A stretch of DNA of 64,000 nt from Eledone cirrhosa. Lineage: Eukaryota. A program made the position numbers and the translations under genes. The stretch lies in the NCBI GenBank assembly GCA_964016885.1, contig OZ024741.1, positions 302,808,001-302,872,000 of the forward strand, given 5' to 3'. The notes under the pieces are model-generated. The model saw only the letters and a list, made by a program, of their open reading frames with translations, made no database searches and was not told where the DNA came from. Positions 26,583 through 40,895 of this stretch are shown here, one piece after another (the first letter of the stretch is position 1; each line of letters opens with the position of its first letter).

Positions 26583-28086
26583 ATCCTAATATAATAACTA
26601 ACTATAACTGTAACTGTAGAGACTCACAAAACTGTCCCTTGACAGGTTATTGATCACTAATAACTTAGTATATCAATGCATTGTCTCTACATCTAGTGGA
26701 ACTAAAGCTTAAGCAAGGGCATCATCTAATGAGTTTAGATCATATTACTATTCCTACCTCCATTCTTTTAAGAATATTAAACTGAGGAATTCTACTTCTC
26801 TTGCGAGTGACACATGGGATTTGAAAAGCAATAATATCTCTTGGTCAATATTGAAAATAGCAAAATCCTATGAGTCAGGAAACAAAAAATGTAATTTATG
26901 TTTAACTGAATGCCTCCTGATAACTAATCTCAATCTAGATTTACTGAACAAGATGTCTGAAATAGTATCTACATGCTCACATTAAAAAAATTACTTTTCT
27001 TTTTACTATTTAAATGTAACCAAACAGAAAAATTTAATGGAATTTTTTACATTTTTTATTATTTTTATCACCTTTTCCTACCTAATAAACAACACCCCGT
27101 TTTCATTTTAAACACCGAGCCCCTTCACATTAATGTTAAACTATTTCCTCTTATTGCAGTCCACACATTTTTATAAGTCTATGTACGTGATTTTTTATGT
27201 TTGAACTCCTTCATAATTTATAGTATTATATATCGTACTTAAAACAACACACACTTATATATATATATATATATATATATAGGGAATTTTACCTGCCCTA
27301 GATATATATATATAATTGTGGCACAATCTTATAACCTATCATTAAAAAAATCATTCTTTAAAGTACACCAGCGCATGTTTGATATTGCGCCATATATATA
27401 TATATATATATATATAAATAAGTTGTTTTCTCCGGTAAATAGTATAGTAATTAACACTCTCTTTAGGTCACACACTTCTTTCTTTTTGGTTTATATAAGA
27501 GAGTTGAGCTACATACATTTAACATGTAACTAACTCTTTTAATGGATGTCATATCTTTTTATGGATCTGTATAGGGTTCTTTCCTATAAAATTTATCTGA
27601 TACTTTATAGTAATTTGAACTTGAAACAATACGCTTTTATAGCATAATTCACTATCATTCTACACTCAATTTATAACCGATTACGGCATTTTCTTTTGGA
27701 TATATTTTCGTAGGCTACATAATAAATTATAACACCATCATATAATATCATTCGTTATGCAACATCGCTTGCATATCAGAATTAACGCCATACAAATGTT
27801 TCTTAAAACATTGTTTTTTCTATGACAGAAGCATATCTAATAAGTAAGATAAAAATAACATTCTTCTTTTTTAAAAATCTTATCAAAAAACCTTTCCATT
27901 TCTTATTACTGAGAAAAATTCAGGCTGATTTAGTACAATTAAGTAACTATTTGTTGTGATAACCTGAGATAAAATAACTTTCTGTATTTCTTTAAAAACC
28001 TTTATTAAAAAGCCTCTTAAATTTCTTTACCGTATTGACTATGATTCTTGTGTTTCTTTGGGACTCTCATCATCAAAATCCTAAAT

Positions 28087-28149
28087 TAATGCCCTGACGA
28101 TGCTTAATATTATATGCTAATATTGAAGTTGAAACGTGATTAGACATTA
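28087..28149 (+). ncRNA. Hammerhead-like motif with extended AT-rich stem II
   Basis: taatgcc CTGACGA tgctt-aatatta-tatgc-taatatt-gaagtt GAAA cgtgat TA gacatta; stem III is weak. Confidence 0.55.
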
Positions 28150-28917
28150 ATAAAATGATTTGAAGTACTTCTTTGGTTTTCAAATGATTAAAAAACAATT
28201 ATGCTCTGCATTCTTATATCTTTTTTGACTATATCTTTGTTATCAGTTATGTCCGCGGGGCGCACCTAAAACACCACCCGACCCAAAGGGAGAGTCTGTC
28301 ATCCTCTCCCCTTCACCTTTCTTTCTTCCGTTGCCTAATATTTCTTGCTTTTTTTCCTCTTTTTCCTTTCATTTATGGCGTTTATAGCCATTTTCTTTAC
28401 TTTCCCATACAGCCAGATATGCAATACATTACCCCTTCCCCCTTTTTTATTACTTAATTTTCTTTTTTTTCTTTTTTTTAAAAATATCTCCATCTTTGTA
28501 TAATTTCTGTCTGTAAAATATAGTTGACATAATATGTTTATGTATAACAGATAACTGAATAAAATAAAATATTCTTTAAAATGATTGACTATAAAATGAA
28601 ACAAAGAAAGTTTTCCAATAGTGGGGAGATTTCCAAGAGCTACTCGTGGAAAACCCCATAAAAAGCTACAGTTACTTTGATCACTAATGCAAGTGCCTTA
28701 TCCAAGTTTTCTTCAAATATACAGGTGCATATTCAGACTATTTGCTCGGACAATGTTTGCCACTCTCACACCTCTTTCAGCAAGTGAAACTTGGAAAAAA
28801 TCTGAGACCTTACTTGGAATTATTATGATATAAAGTAATTAGTTAATATTGTCTTTTCCACTCAGCATAATTATTTCAAATTTGCTTTTCAATGATCACT
28901 ATATTAAATGCGTTAGC

Positions 28918-29046
28918 ACTAGATCAGTTATAGACGGTTGCTTCTGACAGGACCCACTGGAAGGAGTGTTTGAGGACTCTGCCCCCACGATCCTCTCAGG
29001 AATAAGTGGGAGAAGAAGAAGAAGAAGAAGAAGAAGAAGAAGAAGA
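28918..29046 (+). mobile_element. Very short 5'-truncated RTE 3' end with (GAA)n tail
   Basis: gacggttgcttctgacaggaccc..ctctcaggaataagtggg(aga)n. Confidence 0.75.
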
Positions 29047-29838
29047 ACAACAACAACATGGCATTTTATTTTTAGATAATAGATCACTGACAGTAATTAC
29101 TCAGGGATTTGGTCCGCATAAGAAACAATAGTTAAGCTCAATATTGCCATGTTTAATTTAGTAAGCATTAAAAACCAAACTGGAAATAATTATGTGGAAG
29201 GAAAAGACATTACTGTAATTACTGATACAGTGATGAAACAATGAAAGAGAGAAGGAACAAAAAGAATTGTATAGAGAATGGCTGTTCCCGATGTAAATAC
29301 AATGTAACCAAAACACAGCTCCGACCAGGTGTAGAGCCTTTCACCCTCTCCCTGTCGCCTTCTCTTTCTTCCATAGTCTAACAATCCTTGCTCTTTCCCT
29401 CCCTTTCTTCTTATTTCTGGAATATATAGTCCTTTCCTTCTCCTTCCTATACGGCCAGACCTGACTTTCTTTACCCCTTCCCACTTTCTTTTTCATTATT
29501 TGAAGCATAGAGTGACCTCCCTGTATGATCTGAGTTCAAATCCCGCCGAGGTTAACTTTGCCTTTCATCCTCACGGGGTCGATAAAATAAAGTACCAGTA
29601 ATGCACTGGGTAATTGCTGGCCTTATGCAAAAAGTAGAAACAATTATTTATATAATTTATTATATATCGGTAGGGGGTTACTGGCCTTGCCATTCTGAGT
29701 TCCGGGCCTTGCCATTCATATTTATATAATTTATTATGAAAACTTAATAAATTATTTACAAATCACAAAAGAAAGTTGAAAAACTATCGAAGAATCATAC
29801 AACGTTCTAAATTTTCTGAAGTATTTTTGTGGCATAAG

Positions 29839-31932
29839 TTCAGGTAGCTTACGTCTGGAATCTCAGGTGTTGCAGTGACGTAGGTTCAGGTAGCTTACGT
29901 CTGGAATCTCAGGTGTTGCAGTGACGTAGGTTCAGGTAGCTTACGTCTGGAATCTCAGGTGTTGCAGTGGTGTAGGTTCAGGTGGCTTACGTCTGGAATC
30001 TCAGGTGTTGCAGTGACGTAGGTTCAGGTAGCTTACGTCTGGAATCTCAGGTGTTGCAGTGACGTAGGTACAGGTAGCTTACGTCTGGAATCTCAGGTGT
30101 TGCAGTGACGTAGGTTCAGGTGGCTTACGTCTGGAATCTCAGGTGTTGCAGTGGCGTAGGTTCAGGTGGCTTACGTCTGGAATCTCAGGTGTTGCAGTGA
30201 CGTAGGTTCAGGTAGCTTACGTCTGGAATCTCAGGTGTTGCAGTGGCGTAGGTTCAGGTGGCTTACGTCTGGAATCTCAGGTGTTGCAGTGGCGTAGGTT
30301 CAGGTGGCTTACGTCTGGAATCTCAGGTGTTGCAGTGACGTAGGTTCAGGTAGCTTACGTCTGGAATCTCAGGTGTTGCAGTGGCGTAGGTTCAGGTGGC
30401 TTACGTCTGGAATCTCAGGTGTTGCAGTGACGTAGGTTCAGGTAGCTTACGTCTGGAATCTCAGGTGTTGCAGTGACGTAGGTTCAGGTAGCTTACGTCT
30501 GGAATCTCAGGTGTTGCAGTGACGTAGGTTCAGGTAGCTTACGTCTGGAATCTCAGGTGTTGCAGTGACGTAGGTTCAGGTAGCTTACGTCTGGAATCTC
30601 AGGTGTTGCAGTGACGTAGGTTCAGGTAGCTTACGTCTGGAATCTCAGGTGTTGCAGTGACGTAGGTTCAGGTAGCTTACGTCTGGAATCTCAGGTGTTG
30701 CAGTGACGTAGGTTCAGGTGGCTTACGTCTGGAATCACAGGTGTTGCAGTGGCGTAGGTTCAGGTGGCCTACGTCTGGAATCTCAGGTGTTGCAGTGGTG
30801 TAGGTTCAGGTGGCTTACGTCTGGAATCTCAGGTGTTGCAGTGACGTAGTTTCAGGTGGCTTACGTCTGGAATCTCAGGTGTTGCAGTGACGTAGGTTCA
30901 GGTGGCTTACGTCTGGAGTCTCAGGTGTTGCAGTGGTGTAGGTTCAGGTGGCCTACGTCTGGAATCTCAGGTGTTGCAGTGACGTAGTTTCAGGTGGCTT
31001 ACGTCTGGAATCTCAGGTGTTGCAGTGACGTAGTTTCAGGTGGCTTACGTCTGGAATCTCAGGTGTTGCAGTGACGTAGGTTCAGGTGGCTTACGTCTGG
31101 AGTCTCAGGTGTTGCAGTGGTGTAGGTTCAGGTGGCTTACGTCTGGAATCTCAGGTGTTGCAGTGACGTAGTTTCAGGTGGCTTACGTCTGGAATCTCAG
31201 GTGTTGCAGTGACGTAGTTTCAGGTGGCTTACGTCTGGAATCTCAGGTGTTGCAGTGACGTAGGTTCAGGTAGCTTACGTCTGGAATCTCAGGTGTTGCA
31301 GTGACGTAGTTTCAGGTGGCTTACGTCTGGAATCTCAGGTGTTGCAGTGACGTAGGTTCAGGTAGCTTACGTCTGGAGTCTCAGGTGTTGCAGTGACGTA
31401 GTTTCAGGTGGCTTACGTCTGGAATCTCAGGTGTTGCAGTGACGTAGTTTCAGGTGGCTTACGTCTGGAATCTCAGGTGTTGCAGTGACGTAGGTACAGG
31501 TAGCTTACGTCTGGAATCTCAGGTGTTGCAGTGACGTAGTTTCAGGTGGCTTACGTCTGGAATCTCAGGTGTTGCAGTGACGTAGGTTCAGGTAGCTTAC
31601 GTCTGGAATCTCAGGTGTTGCAGTGACGTAGGTTCAGGTGGCTTACGTCTGGAGTCTCAGGTGTTGCAGTGACGTAGGTTCAGGTGGTTAACGTCTGGAA
31701 TCTCAGGTGTTGCAGTGGCGTAGTTTCAGGTGACTTACGTCTGGAATCTCAGGTGTTGCAGTGGTGTAGGTTCAGGTAGTTAACGTCTGGATTCTCAGGT
31801 GTTGCAGTGACGTAGTTTCAGGTGACTTACGTCTGGAATCTCAGGTGTTGCAGTGGTGTAGGTTCAGGTAGTTAACGTCTGGATTCTCAGGTGTTGCAGT
31901 GACGTAGGTTCAGGTGACTTACGTCTGGAATC
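29839..31932. repeat. 46-bp tandem satellite, about 45 copies
   Basis: Unit ttcaggtagcttacgtctggaatctcaggtgttgcagtgacgtagg at 29839, 29885, etc. Confidence 0.98.
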
Positions 31933-32058
31933 GAAACCGAATCGCGGAATCACTTCGTTAAGGTCTTACCGATAAACACTTAAAAAAAAAAAAATCTATC
32001 ACAAAAATATGAGATAATTGTTCGCTAAATGTGTGGCAAATATAATGTTACTGCAACG

Positions 32059-32376
32059 AGTAGTCGTAGTAGCAGGAGTATTAATAGTATTAGTAGTAGT
32101 AGTGGTGGTAGTTATGATAGTGATAGTAGTGCTAGTGGTAGTAGTAGTGGTGGTAGTTATGATAGTGATAGTAGTGCTAGTGGTAGTAGTAGTGGTGGTA
32201 GTTGTGATAGTGATAGTAGTGCAAGTGGTAGTAGTAGTGGTGGTAGTTGTGATAGTGATAGTAGTGCTAGTGGTAGTAATAGTGGTGGTAGTTGTGATAG
32301 CAATAGTAGTGTTAGTAGTAGTAGTAGTGGCAGTGGTAGCAGTAATAGTGGTAGTAGTAGTAGTAGTGGTAGTAAT
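32059..32376. repeat. (AGT/GGT)-derived low-complexity tract with 45-bp higher-order unit
   Basis: agtagtagtggtggtagtt(a/g)tgatagtgatagtagtgctagtggt repeated about five times. Confidence 0.85.
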
Positions 32377-33234
32377 AAATTACGGCACTCTTAAATTACG
32401 GCGCTCTTCCTTCCCAGCAGGTGTTTTGTTTTGTCGTTTCACGCGTGTTTTCATTGTATTAGTAAGAAGAAAAAAAAAAGAGCAAAAAAAAAAAAAACCA
32501 ATAGAAAAAAGCAGAAGAAAGAGAGAGAAAGAGAAAGAAATGAAGGAGATACTAGATAGGTCAGAGAGATAGAGAGCGAGCGAGCTGAAGTATCCATATC
32601 AAACCCTTTTCTTATAGGTTAACTCCATTCATGTTACCTTTCTCTTAACACACGCACTTAAGTAAATTAGATCTCCATTGATAGTGTTTGTTGTACTGCC
32701 GGTCGTTCTTCACACTTGACTTAATTAGACTTAACTTTCACACATAACTGGTCACACGAGCAGATGTTTACAACTGACTGACCACAGCTTGATACCGTTT
32801 AATTAACTCTCTCTCTTTTTTATATAGTTGTTATTATTGTTGCTGTTGATGCTTTGGTTAATAGTTTGTTTTCATTACTTCAGAATTATGAAGAGTGAAT
32901 TTCACAATACAAAGTAATTTGGCTTAAAAAAAAACTTTGTGATCAGGCCTTCATAAAAGATGAAAGGAAAATGTTCTTGCCCTAATTTTTTACTTTATTA
33001 TTTATAAAGATAAAAGATAGGGTTTGATGCAATAACCGGTGCTACTATAGTATTTAGTTATGGTTATTTAATTCCTGGGTACAAATATGTATTTATCGTA
33101 TATTTGTGATGTTACAGGCGGAGTGAATTCATTTATTTATTTTTATTAACACATTTATATATATTTAAAAAAATTAACTATTGTTACCCACAAGGGTAAA
33201 CGTATACTTCAAAATTTTCCTGTCATATGGCACG

Positions 33235-34530
33235 TCCAAAGTTAAGACAGGGGAGGAATTTTGGGTTAAGCTGGAATCCGACTTCAGATCAGCAAATAAA
33301 GTGTTCTAGCAGACCATACTCCGACTTGGCAATTACAAGCCCTCCTCCGCACCTGCTATCAGGAACGCGTCTGGGGTTCTCTTTAGAGAGGTTCATCCTT
33401 GCTGAGTGAATAATTTTTTGATCACAACTGCATCTTCTGATGTACACAAGGTGCATCTGGGAGCGACGATTAATCTCTAGGAAGCTGAGGTCACAAGAGC
33501 AATTAAAGAGTTCAAATGTGACAAGGTCGCTGGGGCGGATGGAATTCGCCCCGAGATGTTAAAAGCCTTAAATACAGAAAGTATTCTCTGGCTGAATCGT
33601 GTGTGCCGCATGGTTTGGATCTCTGGATAGGTACCTAAGCAATGGCAATCGGGAGTGATGAATCCAATTTTCAAAAAGGGAGACAAGAGAGATTGTTCTA
33701 ATTACAGAGGGATCTCCTTGTTAAGCCTCCTCGATAAAGTCTTTAAGTGTGTGGAAAAGAGATGTAGGGAGATTGTCGAGTCCAAGCTAGCTAATGAACA
33801 GTGTTGTTTTCGTCCGGAAGCAACACAGCCGACCAAATATTTATACTGCGGCAGGTCTTTGAGAAATCGTGGGATTATTGTCAAGCGGTCTATGCTTGCT
33901 TCGGAGATCTCGAAAAGGTATACAACCGCGTTCCAGGGATCTGCTGTGGAAGGTTCTGCAGGAGTATGGGATCGATGAACAACTTCTTGTTGTCCCAATT
34001 TCTGTATACGAATGCCTTATCTCGGATAGATGGTGCTAAATCGAAACCATTCAATATGGGAATCGAACTTTGCCCAGGGATTGTACTGTCATCTCTCCTG
34101 TTTCTAATTTCATGAACTGGATTGACATGCAAAGCTGGGTTGGAAGTGGCATCACGACTAGCGGGCGTAAGATCAGTCGGTTGGAACTTGTAGACGACAT
34201 GGTATTACTTAACTCGTCAGAAGGTGATGTCCGACATGCACTTAATAGGTCTGATGCGGAGTGATGTATGGAACGACAATCAGTGCTGCGAAGACTGACA
34301 CTCGTCCTTTCAAGGAAGCCTACTCAGTGGAAATCTACTCACATGTAGAGTGGAGTTCCACTGAAACTGGCGGAGAGGTTGAAGTATCTCGAGGTCATGT
34401 GCAGGAGTGATGGAAGACCGGTGGCTGAATTAAGTGCAAGAATTGCAGGAGCCGGTGTAGTAATGCGTCGGTTTAGCATTTGGTCATCAGAAGATGACCA
34501 AGTAAGTAAAAAAGCCAAACTCACTATCTT
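33235..34530 (+). mobile_element. RTE-clade LINE ORF relic (linker plus reverse transcriptase), many stops and frameshifts
   Basis: KVAGADGIRPEMLK, PIFKKGDKRDCSNYRGISLLS, DQIFILRQVFEKSW, FGDLEKVYNRVP and LVDDMVL (degenerate ADD motif); interrupted by SINEs at 34540. Confidence 0.92.
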
Positions 34531-34539
34531 TATCTCGGT

Positions 34540-34850
34540 ATCAACCCCGGAAGAATAAAAGCCAAAGTTGACCTCGGTGAGGTTTGAAACCAAAACGTAG
34601 AGGACAATGATGAAATATTGTAATGCACTTCACCAGACGCTCTACCGATTCTGCCATCTACCGTCCAATCCAACCAATCAATGATTTCATCTAAAATTGA
34701 CACCAGGTAAGTACATAACTGGTACTCTAAATTATCAACTCTCAAGGGATGAAAGGCAAAGTTGACCTCTGCAGGATTTGAACTCAGAACGTAACTAAAC
34801 ACCACAAAGCTTTTTGTCCGACGCTCTACCGATCCTGCCATCCACCACCA
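34540..34850 (-). mobile_element. Two diverged tandem SINEs
   Basis: aaggcaaagttgacctc..gatttgaactcagaacg motifs occur twice. Confidence 0.75.
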
Positions 34851-35365
34851 AATCCAAGCAATTAATGATAATAATAAAGTAACAAAAAGGAAAAAAAAAA
34901 GCTTGGTGTCTAGTTTGGCTATATTGAATGGAAAGATAGAATGATGATGATAGTAGTGCTGCACAATGAAATGAATTGAACTGAAATGAAATAGTCTCTT
35001 ATGAGATATTTAGAAGGACTTAGAGAGAGGATGTATACATTCTGTCGATCACGTTCGCACTAAATGGAAGAAACCTCTGACAAAGATCGTCTACTGTTGT
35101 AACAGAAATCTCACTTGACTGACAGAGCAGCCATTGTGATAAGAATAGATCAGACTTTCTGTTAGATTGTCGCCGTAGCCCGATAGAGGGCGATGTAATG
35201 TAGAAGATGAAACCAACATAACAACTGTTCAACTGACCTATAACTAATTGCCGACACATTTATTAAGTGGCCGACGGTTTATAAATAGAAAAGTACTTCG
35301 CCCATCAGTTGTACAAGAGACGCACATACATAAGTGTATGTATACGTACACCCCGCCCCCACACG

Positions 35366-35448
<83 letters not shown>

Positions 35449-35705
35449 GTGTGTTACTTTGGTTGCAATTAATGCAGGTGTAAACTGCGTTCAGCTCTCA
35501 ATGTAATAATAAGATTCCAAGTAGAAGCTGTGTTGACATAAAGGACGAAAGATGACCACTACATGATCTCAGGCTGAAACTCTGAGTATAAGTACCATGT
35601 GATATTTAACTGATATCTCTCTGTTGATATATATATGTTTATATCAATATTTAATATAGAAATGGCTTCTACAGGACTAGAATTGTAGAATTTAACTCAG
35701 GATCT

Positions 35706-36378
<673 letters not shown>

Positions 36379-36489
36379 AAAAAATAGAGGTGTGACACAC
36401 GAGTTGTGATATATTAGTAAAAAGGAAAAGAAAATGCTGACAAATTTTTCCCAGTGAAAAATTTGTCAGCATTTTCTTTTCCTTTTACT

Positions 36490-37462
36490 TCACCACCTCT
36501 ATCTCCACCACCCACGTCCACTTCTTAGACATCTCCGTCGCCTTCGACCCCTCCCACCACTCCCTCGTCACCTCCACCTTCTTCAAACCCACCGTTTCCC
36601 ACTCCTACCTCGACTTCACCTCTTCCCACCCCACACACACTAAACACTCTATTCCCTACTCTCAACTCCTCAGGATCCGCCGCCTCTGTAGCCGAGATGC
36701 TGACTTTGAGTCCCAGGCCCTTTCCCTAGTCAGCCATTTCATCCGCAGAGGTTACCCCCTCCTCTCTCGTCCACACCGCTCTCACCCGCGCCCGTGCTGT
36801 CCACCGCTCCACCACCCTCACCCCACGCCACCGCACACCCACCCACCGTCTCCCCTTCCCCATCACCTACCACCCCTCCACCATACCCCTCCACCGCACC
36901 ATCCTCCGCCTCTTCCGACGCCTCCAGTCCGACCCCTCCACCTCCCACATATTCCCAGCCCCACCACTCCCCTCCTTCAAACGCGCACGCAATCTCCGCA
37001 CCCTCATCGTCCACAGCTCCCTACCCCCAACCCACTATCTCTTCCCCCCGGTTCCTTTCCCTGTTCTAGGCCCCGCTGCAACACCTGTCCCCACATCACC
37101 AACACCACCACCTTCCAGGGTCCCAACAGCCACTCTCTGTCCGGCATGCCTTCCGCTGCACCTCCTCCAACCTAGTCTACAGACTTCGCTGCACAGAGTG
37201 CAGCGCGACTTACGTCGGACAGACTGGACGTCGCCTGGCGGACAGATTTACTGAGCACCTCCGGGATATTCGTCTCGGTGGTAGTTCCCCCATCGCCCAC
37301 CACTTTGGTGCCCTTGGACATTCCGCACACCACCTCACAGTCTGTGGCCTACTCCAATGCCACGGAACACCCGCCACTCTCCTAAGGGTCGAACAACGAA
37401 CCATCTTCACCCTACAGACCCACACTCCCCCCGGCCTGAACTCCCCACCCTTATTCCTTTAG
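36490..37462 (+). pseudogene. Penelope-like element ORF, 5'-truncated: RT C-terminus, Zn knuckle and GIY-YIG endonuclease (Neptune-like), frameshifted
   Basis: VHFLDISV..FFKPTVSHSYLDFTSSHPTHTKHSIPYSQLLRIRRLCS; CSRPRCNTCPHI; NLVYRLRCTECSATYVGQTGRRLADRFTEH; EQRTIFTLQTHTPPGLN; stop at 37460-37462. Confidence 0.92.
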
Positions 37463-39062
37463 CCTTCGACCGCCTCCCTCCCCCCACACATATCCCCCAC
37501 TAATACCACTAACACACCCCTCCTTTTCACCGCCCACCCCACAACTAATAATACTAACACCTCCACCCCACATCCAACTACCCTTCCCCAACTAACATAC
37601 TAACATCCCTCCCTTCTTCTCCTCCCCCTCCTTATCACACGCACACACACACCGGTACATATATACACGCGCTCACACTAAACACACACCCTACTACCAC
37701 CACTAACCCTCACCCCCACACATCCACCCCACCACCCCGCAACTAACATCACTAACACCCCCTGACCCCAAGCACACGAACACACACACCCACTTACACC
37801 ACCCACTCTACACGCAACTAACATCACTAACACCCTCCAACCCTACGCACACGAACACACACACACCCTCTTACACCACCCACTCTACACACCCTACCAC
37901 CACTGACTCCCACTCACACCCACATTCAACCCTTTCTCCATCTCCAGTATACTAACACCCACTAACACCCCCTTCACCACACACACACACCAGTACACCA
38001 CACTCCCTCCATCGGCCCCCACAACCTTCTCTCCCCGCTCCACCCACACCCTTTCTCAAACACACACACATCCCACTAACACCTCTACTAATACACACAC
38101 ACCCCCTCCTCACTCCAACTTTCACACCTACCCATCCTCTCCCCTGTCCACCGCACCTCCGCACACACTGACACACCGACTTTCTTCACTTACCATTCTA
38201 CCCTACTGCTGTTATGCCTCTCTGACCACCTCCCCGCACACACAGACACAACCCTCCTCCTGCCTTGACCCTCTGACCATTTCCTGTTGCGCGCGCACCC
38301 CACATCTCCCCTCTTCCGACCAATCTCTTCACCGATTACACATATGTGAACCTTGATCCCAAGAATCTACCGCATCCCAAGGATTTTACTCAGCATTCCA
38401 CCACATGCTTTTACGGAATTACCTTTACGACTCACCCCCAGACATACACCCCAAAAAATCTTTTTTTCCCACACGCCACCTACATCCACAACACGCATAA
38501 ACACCACACACACACGTGCGTACCACCACATATTTACACATTCAGCCTCCGGAATCCTCTCCCCCCACCCCTCTATCCACACACGCACACATACTCCGAC
38601 CTACACCCCACCCCACACACACCTCTTCCTGAACATGCAACCCCGTTCTTCCCCCAACCCTTGCTTTCACATACACACACACACACGTACACCTACACAC
38701 ACACACCACCTTTAGCCCTCCCCGCTCGGACACCCCGTCTCCCTCTCCCCACTCCACCCGCCACCACCCCTACACGCCCCACACCCTTCCACCACCTGTT
38801 TTACCCCATTTTAATTTTATTTTAATCATGCCTTTATTTTTAATTTCATTTGCACCGTTTCCTCTCACCCCCTTTTTGCTATATGTCTCTCCACCACTCC
38901 CCTACTCACCCTTTGAACTCTCTTCCCACACACTTTTCACCCGAAGAAGGGCTTATGCCCGAAACGTCGTTCCCCACCACCACCACCCCACTCTCAAGAG
39001 CGTGAAACTAATAAACCTTTGTTCGTACTGCCTCTCTGTTTTGTTCCCGTTCAATTTTTCAC
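37463..39062 (+). mobile_element. C-rich 3' non-coding region (pLTR) of the PLE, ending at (TA)n
   Basis: Continuous C-rich composition from the ORF; HHR at 38939; aataaa at about 39010; then (TA)n. Confidence 0.7.
38939..38970 (+). ncRNA. Minimal hammerhead motif of the PLE (U4C core)
   Basis: ac CCGAAGA a-gggc-ttat-gccc GAAA cg TC gt; ACGT palindromic stem III; only 2-bp stem I. Confidence 0.65.
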
Positions 39063-39084
39063 TATATATATATATATATATATC

Positions 39085-39803
39085 TGGAGAATAGAAATGG
39101 GTGTGTAGTTGCTATTTAAGGTAACTTAAAATGCAGTGGGAATACGAAGAAAGCATGAACAGGGGGTGTGTGGAGGGGGGAGAGTTTTCCTCATCAGTTG
39201 TCTACTGGGGTCTAGGATATTTCTACGCTTTAAAGACAAGATACCACTTCACCCCCGGGCGTCAATAACTGGATAAGTTATTGGGAAAACGAAGGAGGGA
39301 AGGAAAGCAAAGGGGAAGAAAAGAGAAACAGTAACAAAACAGCGAAAAAAAACACACAAACCGAGCAATATGCGAGCAACTATAGGTAGGAAATCCAAGA
39401 CCACTCGATAAGAGAACTTAAGTTCGAGACTGAGTGATCGAGAGAAAGAAGACACATGTCCGATCCCCGCAGTTGTAAGTGAGAAGAGAACTGCTAAACG
39501 GTCAGACGAGGGGGTGAAAGTGAGAGGGAGAAAGGGAGAGGAAGAAAGTGGGGTAAGAGTAGATAGGGAGAAAAGGAGGGGAAGAAAGAGCGGTGAGAGT
39601 AGAAAGTGGCGAAATAGGTAGGTAGAAGGGGAGAGAAGAATGGTCACAGCGAAAACATGATGAAATATATGGAGAATAGAAATGGCTGTGTAGTTGCTAT
39701 TTAAGGTAACTTAAAATGCAGTGGGAAAACGAAGAAAGCAAGAGGGGGGGGGGTAGTTTTCCTCCTCAGTTGTCTACTGGGTGTCTAGGATATTTCTACG
39801 CTT
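39085..39803 (-). mobile_element. (TA)n-flanked element with ~140-bp terminal direct repeats (pLTR-like)
   Basis: ggagaatagaaatgg..gtagttgctatttaaggtaacttaaaatgcagtggga..ctaggatatttctacgctt at 39085-39230 and 39670-39803. Confidence 0.7.
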
Positions 39804-40096
39804 ATATATATATATATACACATAATTCCTTGTGATTTGAATGCATATATGTATATATCTGTGTTTGTCTCTTTATTATATTATATTATCAAGGATCGGA
39901 AAATTTTTTCCTTGAGCTATTTTAGTTATAAGGGACTATTAGGAGTTTTTAACTCAATATATACTTTTGATATATATATATATATATATGTAGATAAATC
40001 GTATAAAATTTTTACATAGATCTATATGATATACATACCAACACACACACATATATATCCTAGAAACGATCGTAAAATGATGAATTTTTTTGTGTG

Positions 40097-40183
<87 letters not shown>

Positions 40184-40454
40184 GTATACTCATACACGGA
40201 ACAAAACCATAGGTGTACTTAAGCGTTTTTATTCCGTGTATGAACATAAATAAATATTTGTTTCTACTTTTGGCACAAGGCCAGCAATTATTCCAGTGTA
40301 AATAAATAATATAACATATCAGCTCTCTTCTCGATTAAGCACTTTTCCTTTTTCCTTTTTCACGCCTACGGATATTTCTACACACACACACACACGCACA
40401 CACACAAACACACATATATATACATGTATGTATATATGTATGTATGTGCGTTGA

Positions 40455-40895
40455 ACACCTGGCTGAAGTCGTTATTCCTTTCCTCTGCCTCCAGACGCTC
40501 GGCGTCTTCCACCGAAAACATCTCCCAGTCATCTGTGATGGCCTTGTTGCGTATCCGGTTGAGCCGGCGATGCTCAGTCATGTCGCTGCGTAGGTGGGCC
40601 TTGTGGCGACAGTTAATTATCTCCAGCGTATGAAGTTAAATCTAGGGCCGTTTGGGAAGAGCTCTTGAGTTTGTCAGGACGTCACGCGCAGACTGGTTGA
40701 CACTTGATTTAAAGTTCTTCCAGTTGCCGGTCTCGTCTTCGACCATGGTGTTGAAGCGATTGGCAATAGATCACGCAAATATAGAGGAGATGTTGGGATC
40801 ATGGAGATAGGATGAGTCAAGGCGGGACTGGTGCTTGGTGGCAGAGTTCACCCGCAACCTCAGCTTCAGTATCGCAGCTAGCTATCGATGGTAGG
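40455..40895 (-). mobile_element. RTE-clade LINE relic (end of APE domain plus linker)
   Basis: HR*LAAILKLRLR..SIANRFNTM and LEIINCRHKAHLRSDMTEHRRLNRIRNKAITDD..EAEERNNDFSQVF. Confidence 0.65.

Noticed and set aside
29839-31932. 46-bp array as CRISPR or coding repeat
   Set aside because: Contiguous units without spacers, and no long ORF in any frame.
32018-32572. Ser-rich and Val-rich ORFs
   Set aside because: Both come from an AGT/GGT low-complexity repeat.
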